IMG/VR virus record: IMGVR_UViG_3300047409_000308
Location: 1-64,000 of that record
From: a virus
Lineage: Duplodnaviria; Heunggongvirae; Uroviricota; Caudoviricetes
Strand: one strand, 5' to 3'
DNA length: 64,000 bases
Under the pieces are notes generated by a model. The model saw nothing but the letters and a program-made list of their open reading frames with translations, was not told the DNA's origin and ran no database searches. Shown here one piece after another: positions 8,507 to 17,360 of the stretch; positions within the stretch are counted from its first letter, which is position 1; each line of letters opens with the position of its first letter. The position numbers were made by a program, and so were the translations under genes.

Positions 8507-10161
8507 AAGCGACGCTTCAACAACTCATTAACGACTACAACCAGGGGACTACTGCAATGGCAATCAGTACGATCACGGATCGCGCCGCATTCTACGCTTC
8601 CCGCACCGGGGAGCATCTCACGCGACTGCTGTCCATCGTTAGCAAGACTAGCCTCGCCGAATTGAAACAACGCAAGCTCGGCAAGGATGAAATCATCGAT
8701 GCGCTGGATGGCTTTGGCGCGGACACCTTGCTCATGGCCGATAAGATTCTGGCCTCGGGCGGCGGGGGGCAGGAAGGACAAGGGGGACAGCCGGTAGAGG
8801 ATAACGTGGTGGCGGGCGTGGTGAAGGAAATCGGCGGCATCATCACGAAAACGGTGAACGCCCGTGTGGAGCCGGTGGAACTCGCGCTTATCTCGCTCAA
8901 GAACGAGAACATGAAGGTCGTCAAGACCACCAGCGATATCGCCACCGTGCTGAAAGACAACATCGATGCCCTGGCGAAGGACATCAAGGATTTGTCCGAT
9001 GCCTCGGTGGGGCGGGCGGAGTTGCCCGGCTTGATCGGCAAGCACGGCATTTCCGCTGCGGTGTTGAACGCTGCGGTGACGGAGGCGGTGAGTGCAAGGC
9101 TGACCCTCTACACGGCAGACACGGAACCTCTGACTGAGGATGAAATCAAGGCGGGGCAGATTCCCAAGGTTGCAAAGACAAAGGGTGAGGCGAAGCTCGC
9201 CATCCTCGCCAACCGCCCCCGCGTGGTGAAGGTGGTGGATGCGCAGTCCTTGTTCGGCATCGACTTGAAGGATGCCGGGGGCGCACCGCTCCAGGTGGAA
9301 TTGTGGAATGACCCGGACCATGAGCGCGTGAACCCGGATTACGTGTTCGACCCGGAGAACCTGCGCGTCGCCTTGCTGGCGCTGTCGAAAAAGCCTTGCC
9401 GTAACGTGTTTTGCTTCGGTGAAACCGGCACCGGCAAGACCGCTTTTGCGCGGCAGTTGTCGGCCTTGCTGAAGCGCAGGCTTTTCAGGATCAACTTCGA
9501 GAACGGGGCGGATTCCTACAACTTCATCGGCGGGGAGCGGGCAAAGGATGCAAGCACCGTCTATCAGTACGGTACGTTCTCCCTCGGCCTCATGCATCCG
9601 GGAGCGCTGATCCTGCTGGACGAACTGTGCTTTGGGAAGCCTGGGCATCTTGCAGCCCTTCACTCCACCCTGGAAGAAGAAGGCAAGCTCACCATCACCG
9701 AGACCGGAGAGCGGATTGAGCGTGAGGAAGGCGTATGCATCTTCGCTGCCGACAACACCAATGGCACCGGAGACCGCAGCGGGCGCTATGACGGCCTGTA
9801 CACGATGAACTCGGCCTTGCGGCGCAGGTTCTCGTTCTGGATTCGCTTCGAGTACATGAGCCCGGAAGCGGAGACTGACCTTGTGGCAAGGCACGCCAAG
9901 GTCAGGAAGAACGCGGCCAAGGCGGCAGTGGCGCTGATGAATGCGCTGCGGACTGCGGCAAGGGCCGGAAACCTGTCGGATTCTCCCTCGCTCCCACACG
10001 CCATTGCATTCTGCGAACTGGCGGCAGCAGGGAAATCGCCCAGGAAGGCGTATGAAGAAACCATCGTCCTTGCCACGTCTCCGGAGTACGCGGAGAAGTT
10101 GCAGGAAATCTACGTCGCTTCGTTCAACGAATCGTCCTTTGCCAAGGCGATTGCCGCATGA
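8503..10161 (+). CDS. CobS/MoxR-like AAA+ ATPase with a ~245-aa N-terminal extension (552 aa). GTG start at 8503; alternative ATG at 8557.
   Basis: Walker A 'FGETGTGKT', Walker B 'LILLDE'. CobS-type N-motif 'VNPDYVFDPENLRVALLAL'. Sensor/arginine region 'FAADNTNG...RRRFSF'. Confidence 0.8.
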   Translation: MKATLQQLINDYNQGTTAMAISTITDRAAFYASRTGEHLTRLLSIVSKTSLAELKQRKLGKDEIIDALDGFGADTLLMADKILASGGGGQEGQGGQPVEDNVVAGVVKEIGGIITKTVNARVEPVELALISLKNENMKVVKTTSDIATVLKDNIDALAKDIKDLSDASVGRAELPGLIGKHGISAAVLNAAVTEAVSARLTLYTADTEPLTEDEIKAGQIPKVAKTKGEAKLAILANRPRVVKVVDAQSLFGIDLKDAGGAPLQVELWNDPDHERVNPDYVFDPENLRVALLALSKKPCRNVFCFGETGTGKTAFARQLSALLKRRLFRINFENGADSYNFIGGERAKDASTVYQYGTFSLGLMHPGALILLDELCFGKPGHLAALHSTLEEEGKLTITETGERIEREEGVCIFAADNTNGTGDRSGRYDGLYTMNSALRRRFSFWIRFEYMSPEAETDLVARHAKVRKNAAKAAVALMNALRTAARAGNLSDSPSLPHAIAFCELAAAGKSPRKAYEETIVLATSPEYAEKLQEIYVASFNESSFAKAIAA

Positions 10162-10412
10162 GTGCAGGGGTAAAAGAGGGATTGCGCGGGACCGTGCATT
10201 GCGACAGTTGCGGGTGGGATTCGGAACCGGGGGAGGTGTTGAACGCCTGGTTCGACCGGCCCTGCCCGCACTGCGCAGCGCTCCTGATTAACAAAAGCGA
10301 CAAGGCGCTGATCGAGGGGCTCGATGCGGCCATCCGGATTGGGCTGGCCAAAAATTGCAAGCCGGGAGCCGAGGGAAGTATTCACATCGATACAAGGAAA
10401 AACCATGAGTGA
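10158..10412 (+). CDS. Small zinc-ribbon protein (84 aa)
   Basis: 'CDSCGW...CPHCAA'; ATGA overlap with the AAA+ gene. Confidence 0.5.
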   Translation: MSAGVKEGLRGTVHCDSCGWDSEPGEVLNAWFDRPCPHCAALLINKSDKALIEGLDAAIRIGLAKNCKPGAEGSIHIDTRKNHE

Positions 10413-10590
10413 TGTGCTCGGCGTGGAGCGCTGGCGCATGGTGAAAGATGTGCGCAAGTTGGACCGGATTGCCCGGCTAGTAGAGAAAATCGAGGCCGAA
10501 CCCCAGACAGTCATTGAACCTGCTGTCTCCGTGCAACTAGGACGACAGCAGGTAGCCGATGAACTGCGTGCCATTTTGGAAAAGGACTGA
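10405..10590 (+). CDS. Hypothetical protein (61 aa)
   Basis: ATG overlapping the upstream stop; in frame with track ORF 10324..10590. Confidence 0.4.
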   Translation: MSDVLGVERWRMVKDVRKLDRIARLVEKIEAEPQTVIEPAVSVQLGRQQVADELRAILEKD

Positions 10591-10592
10591 GC

Positions 10593-12728
10593 ATGGCAAA
10601 TAAACCAACCACCCCCCTGGGAGCAGTCAGGGGGTTCGAGATCATGAATAGCCTGGGCGATACCATGAGGACGGTGCTGGAGACAAATAAGCCCTTCACC
10701 GAGGACTTCGCCGCAGGTGGGCTGTCGGTAGCATTCAACGGCAATGAAGCGTTCTCGTCCTGGGCGAGGAATGCAGCAGGCGGGATTTCCGGCATCCTCA
10801 ATGCCCCGTCCCTGGCACCGGATGCCCACCTCTCGCGCCATCAAGCGGACCTGTACGTGGGCTATGGACTGCATGAGATGGGCCACATGTGCTATTCCGA
10901 CCACGGCCCGTTCCAGAAGATGAACGAGCGGCAGGGGACGATGGGCGTGGCATTGCTCAAAGCCCTGGAAGACCCGAGGGTGGAGCAGGCGGTGATGCAA
11001 TCGAAGATGGCGGGCAATTCCCGCGCCCTGTTCGAGAACTTGGCCTGCGCCATGTATTCCAACGCCATCACCCAGGGCTATGACGCAAATAGCATCAATT
11101 GGCTGCCTCTAACCCTGTCCTTGCTCGGGCGGGATCGCAGGGGCCAGCATTTCCCGGAGTCAAAGGACATCCGTGCGGCCATGAACCCGGAGAACCTGTC
11201 CCTGGTCGATGAAGCCCTTGCCATGATGGACAAAGCCCCGCTTACCTCTGATGGCACCCAGGACGCCAGAGCGGCAGCGCAGTACATCATCGACAAGCTG
11301 AACCTGCCGCCACAGCCGAACCCGCCACCGCAAGGCAAGGGAAAGGGACAGTCGCAAAAAGGGCCAGGAAAACCCCAGGAAGGCCAAAAAGACGGCACCC
11401 AGGGCGATAACGATGATGGGGAGTGCCAAGGGGAAGGGGACGCAGAAGAAGGCCAGGGAAGCTCTCCTGGGCAGGGTAATGAGGAAGGTGAAGGTCAGGA
11501 TGCTGGGGATGGGAAGGGAGAAAAAGGCAAGCCCGGTGACTATGCCGATGGGGGCGGGGGCAAGGGATATTCCAGGCATGGCTCTGGTGCTAAATGGACC
11601 AAGGTGGACTTGAGCAAAGCCACGCCTAAGCAGGTGGGGCCGGAGCAGGCCATCGATCAGGCTGCAAAGCATGCCAATGCGCAGGCGATACGCTCGGGGA
11701 GTCACTTCGACCCGTATGAATTTCCATCGGCCATTGGCAACGAGTATGACTTCCGCCATGGGAAATCTTATTCTTCCTACTTGCATCATGGTGCGAGCCA
11801 GGAGAAATATGAGCAATTGAAGCGCCGCCTGCCCTCCGACCTGGGTTCCATGCGCCATGCCTTGTGGCGGCTCCTGAACTCACGCGATGAAGCCTATGTG
11901 GACCGCTACCGCGAGGCGGGGCGCTGGGATAATCGCGCCATGCCGAGGATGCTGACCGGAGGCACCTCCCTCTACAAAATGACCACCGAAGTCATGGGCT
12001 TGAGGACAGCGGTATCGATCATCGTGGATGCTTCCGGGTCCATGAGCGGTAACTCAGCGGTCAATTCAGCCTCGGTGTGCATTGCCCTCGCAGAAACCAT
12101 GGAGCAACTCGCCGGGCATGGCGTGGTGTATCAGATCGCCTGCTTCGAGGACTTTGATGGCGGCACACGCGATGGTCAAAATGCCGCTAATGACTTCCTG
12201 CACAAGTTCTCCCTCCGCACAAACTGGCGTAATGCAGGAACGAGCAAAATCAACCACGCCCGCCGCACCCTTGTCCCGCAGGACAAAATGAACTGGACAA
12301 GAAGGCTGAATGAAACCCGCGCCACCTGGGCTGCGAACATTGCCATCTTCAAGGGTTTTAACGACCGGCTGGCGACCTGCCGCGAGGCCATTTCGACCAT
12401 GGCGAACTTCGTAGGCGGGGGCACGCCCGATGCGGCTGGCGTCGGACGCGCGATCTACCATGTGCTCAACCGTCCCGAGCCGAACAAGATCGTGATGGTG
12501 ATTACCGATGGCTGCGGGCAGGAGGATGAAGTCAGGAGCTTCTGCAAGTTCGGTGCCGAGGTAGGGGTGGATGTCATCGGCGTGGGCATTGGCGACACCT
12601 CGGTGCGCAAGGTCTATCCCATCAGCGTCACCGCGAGCAGCATCGAGGCCCTGGGCAAGGCTGCCTTCGGCAAGATGGTGCAGGTGGTGCTCAACAACCG
12701 GCGTAGGCAAGGCCGACAAGCTACCTAG
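10593..12728 (+). CDS. CobT-like protein with C-terminal von Willebrand A (VWA) domain and internal acidic/Gly-Gln-rich low-complexity region (711 aa)
   Basis: MIDAS motif 'IIVDASGSMSG'. Acidic G/E/Q-rich stretch ~aa 235-330. Immediately downstream of the CobS-like ATPase. Confidence 0.8.
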   Translation: MANKPTTPLGAVRGFEIMNSLGDTMRTVLETNKPFTEDFAAGGLSVAFNGNEAFSSWARNAAGGISGILNAPSLAPDAHLSRHQADLYVGYGLHEMGHMCYSDHGPFQKMNERQGTMGVALLKALEDPRVEQAVMQSKMAGNSRALFENLACAMYSNAITQGYDANSINWLPLTLSLLGRDRRGQHFPESKDIRAAMNPENLSLVDEALAMMDKAPLTSDGTQDARAAAQYIIDKLNLPPQPNPPPQGKGKGQSQKGPGKPQEGQKDGTQGDNDDGECQGEGDAEEGQGSSPGQGNEEGEGQDAGDGKGEKGKPGDYADGGGGKGYSRHGSGAKWTKVDLSKATPKQVGPEQAIDQAAKHANAQAIRSGSHFDPYEFPSAIGNEYDFRHGKSYSSYLHHGASQEKYEQLKRRLPSDLGSMRHALWRLLNSRDEAYVDRYREAGRWDNRAMPRMLTGGTSLYKMTTEVMGLRTAVSIIVDASGSMSGNSAVNSASVCIALAETMEQLAGHGVVYQIACFEDFDGGTRDGQNAANDFLHKFSLRTNWRNAGTSKINHARRTLVPQDKMNWTRRLNETRATWAANIAIFKGFNDRLATCREAISTMANFVGGGTPDAAGVGRAIYHVLNRPEPNKIVMVITDGCGQEDEVRSFCKFGAEVGVDVIGVGIGDTSVRKVYPISVTASSIEALGKAAFGKMVQVVLNNRRRQGRQAT

Positions 12729-12729
12729 C

Positions 12730-13077
12730 ATGCTGCGTATTGCGTTTAAACCCTACGACAAGGTGCGCTTCGGCGTGCCTTGGGCGGGGGTCGTGTATGC
12801 GTGGCGCTCGGTGCTGCCCCTCGACGGACTGCGCCCGCCGCATGGCCTGGATGTCCTGGGAAAGTGGCAAGGCAGCGCTCGGGATGGGGGGCATGTGCAT
12901 TTGCTTGCGCGCATGCCGCCCATTCAAATCGGGGAAGTTCTCCGCTGGGGCCAGCGCAACCGGGCAACGGGCAGGACGGTGAATGAAGGCTATGGCATCG
13001 TGCTCTCGCCCTCCACCTACAAGGTGGTTGACAGGCACATGGCATGGCAGTGGTTCGTGACGGTAAGGAGGGTGTAA
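12730..13077 (+). CDS. Hypothetical protein (115 aa)
   Basis: ATG one nt after the CobT-like stop; in frame with track ORF 12571..13077. Confidence 0.5.
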   Translation: MLRIAFKPYDKVRFGVPWAGVVYAWRSVLPLDGLRPPHGLDVLGKWQGSARDGGHVHLLARMPPIQIGEVLRWGQRNRATGRTVNEGYGIVLSPSTYKVVDRHMAWQWFVTVRRV

Positions 13078-13337
13078 TGATGGACATGATTATGGATGCA
13101 AAAACGTACATGGACGCACCGCCTGAGCTATTCAGCGACGTGGCGCATGAGTTCACGCGGGACAAGTCGCTACAGTTCGTGCGCCTGTACCACCGTACGA
13201 AGGATAACGGCTGCGATTGGCTGCCGGTGCTGTGCCGCGACCCGGTAATCGACCTTGAACAGGAGACGAAAAATGCCAACCAGGAAGGATGGAATTATAT
13301 CGCCACCCTTACAGACCACGGCTGCGGCCATGCGTAA
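13077..13337 (+). CDS. Hypothetical protein (86 aa)
   Basis: TAATG overlap; starts MMDMIMDAK. Confidence 0.45.
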   Translation: MMDMIMDAKTYMDAPPELFSDVAHEFTRDKSLQFVRLYHRTKDNGCDWLPVLCRDPVIDLEQETKNANQEGWNYIATLTDHGCGHA

Positions 13338-13533
13338 AACGCCTAAGAAAAAACCGCCAGCCAAAATGCAGATCAGCGCATCGATTGACCGTGAGGCGAT
13401 GCAATTGCTGCACCGTATGGCGGCAGATGACCGGCGCTCCATCTCGGGACAGTTGAATACGCTCATCTATGAGGCCGGGAGCATGCGGGGGATGGATGTG
13501 TCCTATGTTCCAGACCGGGTGGCGATTCCATGA
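13255..13533 (+). CDS. Putative ribbon-helix-helix (CopG/Arc-like) DNA-binding protein (92 aa). Alternative starts at 13273 or 13330.
   Basis: Segment 'KMQISASIDREAMQLLHRMAADDRRSISGQLNTLIY' has an RHH-like pattern. AGGAGA RBS before 13255. Confidence 0.4.
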   Translation: MNRRRKMPTRKDGIISPPLQTTAAAMRKTPKKKPPAKMQISASIDREAMQLLHRMAADDRRSISGQLNTLIYEAGSMRGMDVSYVPDRVAIP

Positions 13534-13724
13534 ACCGATTGCACAAACGCAGAATGAAACGCCTCTACGTCGCCCAGGCTCACCTGACCGTATGGATCGA
13601 ACTGCGCACCACCATCTCCACGCTGGAGAACTTGGTGCGGTTGCGCGACATCACCATTTTGCGCCAGGAGCAGCAGATCGCCGTGCTGCGGGCCGCATTG
13701 GAGCATCACTGTGAAGACTTTTAA
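13530..13724 (+). CDS. Hypothetical protein (64 aa)
   Basis: ATGA overlap with upstream gene. Confidence 0.4.
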   Translation: MNRLHKRRMKRLYVAQAHLTVWIELRTTISTLENLVRLRDITILRQEQQIAVLRAALEHHCEDF

Positions 13725-13743
13725 CCCAGGGAGGGTGTAACGC

Positions 13744-14019
13744 ATGACATTCCATGTGGGAGATCGCGTAAGGGCCATCCATGATGGCGAGGGCGAGGCT
13801 TTCGGCAGGGACTTTCAGGACAAGCGGGGCACGGTCACGGAAATCGAAGGCAACAACTATTGCCGCGTCCGCTTCGACAACATGAACCCGCCGCGAGACG
13901 GTACGGACTGGCGCTGCCGCAACAATGGCCTTGTGCTCATCCACGACAAGGACGAGGAAATGATGCGGGCATTGGAGCACAGCCTACGCAAGCTGTTTCA
14001 GCCCATGGAGGCACCGTGA
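13744..14019 (+). CDS. Small protein, paralog 1 of a 'GDRVR...EGTVTG' family (KOW/SH3-like motif), 91 aa
   Basis: AGGGAGGG RBS; N-terminus 'MTFHVGDRVRAI...RGTVTEIEG'. Confidence 0.55.
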   Translation: MTFHVGDRVRAIHDGEGEAFGRDFQDKRGTVTEIEGNNYCRVRFDNMNPPRDGTDWRCRNNGLVLIHDKDEEMMRALEHSLRKLFQPMEAP

Positions 14020-14021
14020 GC

Positions 14022-14285
14022 ATGTGGACGGTAGGCGACAGGGTGCGCTTTATTACACCGGGCTTGGAATGGACCGGGATGGAAGGAACGGTAACAGGAA
14101 TAATACGTTATGGGTAAAATGCGATAAACATATTTGTGCATATACCTGATCATCCCTGCCCCTATCATGAGAACAACAAGCCACGCGACTGGATTTTCAA
14201 TGACTACAATGTGGAATTGATTGCAACACCGCTCGAAGACGAGCTTACCGTCGCACTCACTCCGCTATTCATGGAGCGCGCATGA
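14022..14285 (+). pseudogene. Paralog 2 of the same family, interrupted by an in-frame TAA at 14115-14117. 31 aa, stop, then 55 aa continuing in the same frame.
   Basis: 'MWTVGDRVRFITPGLEWTGMEGTVTGIIRYG*NAINIF...TPLEDELTVALTPLFMERA*'. The C-terminal part aligns with paralog 3 'TPLGTSLEQELTTAMAPLF'. Confidence 0.5.
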
Positions 14286-14560
14286 AATTTACCATCGGAG
14301 ATAGGGTCAGGTTCAACAACACAGACTATCCGGAATGGGTTGACATGGAGGGGACTGTCACTGGCGCGTTCACCACTACAGCGAGCTTTGTAAAACTGGA
14401 CGGCAAGGTGAATCCAAACTGCATCGGTAATGGACACACAGGAGACTACGCTTTCCAGAACAGGAACCTCACCCCTCTCGGTACATCGTTGGAGCAGGAA
14501 CTCACCACTGCCATGGCCCCGCTGTTTCAGTATTCGGCAATCTCGGAAAAATCCTCATAG
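14282..14560 (+). CDS. Paralog 3 of the 'GDRVR...EGTVTG' family (92 aa)
   Basis: 'MKFTIGDRVRFNNTDYPEWVDMEGTVTGAF'; ATGA overlap with paralog 2. Confidence 0.55.
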   Translation: MKFTIGDRVRFNNTDYPEWVDMEGTVTGAFTTTASFVKLDGKVNPNCIGNGHTGDYAFQNRNLTPLGTSLEQELTTAMAPLFQYSAISEKSS

Positions 14561-16275
14561 GTTCCGGCCATGGGATTGAACCGGATCGAGGCGCTGCCCT
14601 GAGCGCCGATCCACCTGTACCTGCATTTCCACACATCGATATGCACCTGCTCGCCTGTGCCACGATGCACCGTGATGCCGCAATCGGCCTTGGCGAACCA
14701 CGCCGCGCTGCCGGAAATGGTTTCACCGTCAGGATGATTGGAGTTGCCGTACATTTTGGTCGGGTGCGCGACGAACCAGACATGTACGTCGTTCGCCTTG
14801 GCGAAGGCTTGCACCTTGGATAGCATCTCGCCAATCTCGTCCGTCTCCGTGCCCTTTCGCTCCAGGCGGATGTAGTTGTACGGATCGATGACAAGGCCGC
14901 GTATGCCCATCCGCTGCACTGCCGCCCTGGCCCGCATCAGGATCGCATCGATGGTGGGGGGTTCGGCGTCGTTGAAGTCGATGAAGGTGAAGTGTTTGTT
15001 GATCCAGGCCAAGGCCGTGCCGCGTTCTTCCTCGCTCATGCGCAGGTAATCGCCGCCTTCGCCATGCTCGAAGAAGGGTTTGCCGGTGGTGATTTCAAGG
15101 AGGCGCGCAATGTGGACAGCGGGCGTATTCTCGAACGAGCAGTAAGCTGTCTTGAACTGCACCGAGCGGGCGAGGTTGATAGTAAGCTGATCGATTACAT
15201 TCGACTTACCTGCACTCGGTTTGCCCGTAACCACGGTAAGCTGCCCCGGCTGCACCGAGTACAGATCGCGCAAGGCAGCGAACCCGGTGTCGATGCCCCT
15301 GCCGGTGCGCTTGTTGTACAACCCGATAATGTCCTCGGCATAGTGTTCGGCTGTGAATAGGCCGGAGATGGGATAGGGTTCGGCTTGGTCGATGACGAGC
15401 TTCAAGGCGGGTGCGCCGTGTTTAACGAGGACATCATTCGCATCCTTGCAGCCTGGAGGATAGGCGACGGTCCAGCATTTTTCCTTGCCGATGCGCCGGG
15501 CGAGTTCTTCCTGCAACGCCTGCCCCGGCTCGTCGTTGTCTACCGCCAGCACGATCTTCGACACTTTGTTCAAGAGCACCCTCGCTTCCCCCACGCAGGC
15601 AAAGCGCCTGTCCTCGATGGGCGATGCCTTGCCCATGGAAACGAGAAGGGGCGCACCGCTCGGGACCGACACCGCATTCTCCACCCCGGCCTCGGTGCAG
15701 GACAATGCATCGATTTCGCCTTCGGTGATAACGAGTACGTCCACCTTGGGGTTGACCCGCGCGAGACCGTAGAAGATATGGTTGCCCCCGGCATCCTGCA
15801 TGAATGCTTTGGCCGTAGTACGGTACTTGTTGCCTGTGACATGATTATGATCGTGGTAGGGAAAGGCGATGCACGATTCGATGGCGTTGGTGGCCTTGAA
15901 GTATTTGCTCGCGGTGTACAGCCCCGCCGCAGTGCAGGTTGCCTGGGAAAGTCCCCGCCCCTGGAGGTAGGCGAGTTCAGTTGCACCAAGTACGGTATTG
16001 ATTGTTGTTTCTGGCTTGGCAAAGGACAACGCTTGCGCCGCGTTCATGGATCGATACCTCCGGTATTTATCTGGGTTAAATGAGGAGCGCTGGCGCACAA
16101 CACCCTGTTCGGAGCAGTGCCAGCAGTAGTACAGCACGTCGCCGTTATCAGCACGGTCAACGGATAGGCATGGGTCACGCGGGGATTTCTTGCGCGACGA
16201 CGAACACCAGGGACACAGGATGCGGACATGCGATGCGCAGGCGACAGCAGCAACGATAAGCGCATCTTGAAGCAT
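14527..16275 (-). CDS. Bifunctional DNA primase/helicase, T7 gp4-like: Zn-binding N-terminus, TOPRIM, DnaB-like helicase (582 aa)
   Basis: N-terminal 'CPWC...CWHC'. TOPRIM 'VLVITEGEIDALS...VLAVDNDEPGQ'. Walker A 'VVTGKPSAGKS'. Helicase motifs 'VWFVAHPTK'. Confidence 0.85.
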   Translation of the reverse strand: MLQDALIVAAVACASHVRILCPWCSSSRKKSPRDPCLSVDRADNGDVLYYCWHCSEQGVVRQRSSFNPDKYRRYRSMNAAQALSFAKPETTINTVLGATELAYLQGRGLSQATCTAAGLYTASKYFKATNAIESCIAFPYHDHNHVTGNKYRTTAKAFMQDAGGNHIFYGLARVNPKVDVLVITEGEIDALSCTEAGVENAVSVPSGAPLLVSMGKASPIEDRRFACVGEARVLLNKVSKIVLAVDNDEPGQALQEELARRIGKEKCWTVAYPPGCKDANDVLVKHGAPALKLVIDQAEPYPISGLFTAEHYAEDIIGLYNKRTGRGIDTGFAALRDLYSVQPGQLTVVTGKPSAGKSNVIDQLTINLARSVQFKTAYCSFENTPAVHIARLLEITTGKPFFEHGEGGDYLRMSEEERGTALAWINKHFTFIDFNDAEPPTIDAILMRARAAVQRMGIRGLVIDPYNYIRLERKGTETDEIGEMLSKVQAFAKANDVHVWFVAHPTKMYGNSNHPDGETISGSAAWFAKADCGITVHRGTGEQVHIDVWKCRYRWIGAQGSASIRFNPMAGTYEDFSEIAEY

Positions 16276-16336
16276 GCGAACCCCAGGTGGACTACGTGGC
16301 TATGTGCGATAACGGACGTACCGCAGAACAACCACG

Positions 16337-16735
16337 TTATGCCTGTTCATCGTCTTTCGCAAGCACAAAAACCTGGACCTCGACCCTCGGATTTAAACGG
16401 TCTATGTGGTGGTACAGGTGCTTCTCTTTGATCTGCCGGTCGTTCTCGTAGATGCGATTTTGCATTGCATCAATCAATGCGTCATCGCACAAATCCGGGC
16501 GGCGTGAAGCGTAGTAGAAATCCATCCTCAGGCAGACATCCCCGGTGAGCAATGGGTGAAGCTGCCGCACCTGCAAGCGCACCGCATTAGCGTAACCCCT
16601 CGCCTTGGCCGACTTGATGACGGCAGGGCGATGGTTGATGGTGACAATCTGCCGCTGGTTCTTTGCGGACGCGGGTTCACCGAGCACGGTGAAACTGCAA
16701 ACGTGGATGCGTTTCATGTCGATATTATGCACCAA
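16337..16735 (-). CDS. RusA-like Holliday-junction resolvase (132 aa). Alternative start at 16718.
   Basis: 'RPDLCDDALIDAMQNRIYENDRQI' resembles the RusA catalytic Asp cluster (D..DN...D..QI). Size and context fit. Confidence 0.5.
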   Translation of the reverse strand: MVHNIDMKRIHVCSFTVLGEPASAKNQRQIVTINHRPAVIKSAKARGYANAVRLQVRQLHPLLTGDVCLRMDFYYASRRPDLCDDALIDAMQNRIYENDRQIKEKHLYHHIDRLNPRVEVQVFVLAKDDEQA

Positions 16736-16987
16736 TTGATTGAACTGTTGTTCAGTCTATGGTAGCTTAGAAAAATTCAGCGCATATTGTTGCTGCTGTG
16801 TTGCTGCTGTCTTGTACACAGTGGCACCCGGTAATAAGCTGGACAGCGGTTTCGCCCCTTCAAAGCGCGAGACAGGCCGAGGCAACCAGAGAACCAGGGG
16901 AGCGCGAATGGAAGGGTGACGCCTTCCCTCCGCTATGCTCAACCCGGACTGGTCGTTGCGCTGAATCCTTATTTGTGGAGGAGTTTG

Positions 16988-17218
16988 ATGGCAAACGCAA
17001 GCAATGAATGGTTGCAGAACGTGAAGGTGGGGGATGTGGTGACGCGCAATCTGGCGGGGGTGCCGATGAAGCTGAAGGTGACGGAGGTGACGCATGACCG
17101 CATCCTCTGCTCACCCTGGGAGTTCTCACGGCGCAATGGCGCTGAAATCGACGGGGACATGGGTTGGAACGAGAGCGTAACTGGTTCATTTTTGGAGGCT
17201 GAAGATGACAATGCGTAA
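16988..17218 (+). CDS. Hypothetical protein (76 aa)
   Basis: GGAGG RBS before the ATG at 16988; in frame with track ORF 16916..17218. Confidence 0.4.
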   Translation: MANASNEWLQNVKVGDVVTRNLAGVPMKLKVTEVTHDRILCSPWEFSRRNGAEIDGDMGWNESVTGSFLEAEDDNA

Positions 17219-17360
17219 AGGCCGCAAGGCACGTAAGGTTTTGGATGCACGCAGCACGGACTACAGCAGGATGATTTCGCCAGGCATGCCACATGAAGGC
17301 AAGGTAAGACAGCGTATCGAGAGTGGCGGGTACAAACGGCCAGGAAGTAACAAGAAATAA
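17205..17360 (+). CDS. Small basic hypothetical protein (51 aa)
   Basis: GGAGG RBS 6 nt upstream; MTMRKGRKARKVLD... Confidence 0.3.
   Translation: MTMRKGRKARKVLDARSTDYSRMISPGMPHEGKVRQRIESGGYKRPGSNKK

Noticed and set aside
8482-9999. 505-aa ORF antisense to the CobS-like gene; also 10110..11000 (296 aa) antisense to the CobT-like gene
   Set aside because: The sense strands carry unmistakable AAA+ and VWA motifs. The antisense ORFs are Arg/His-rich GC-frame artefacts.
15385-16083. 232-aa plus-strand ORF antisense to the primase-helicase
   Set aside because: It overlaps a gene with clear TOPRIM and Walker motifs. Shadow ORF.
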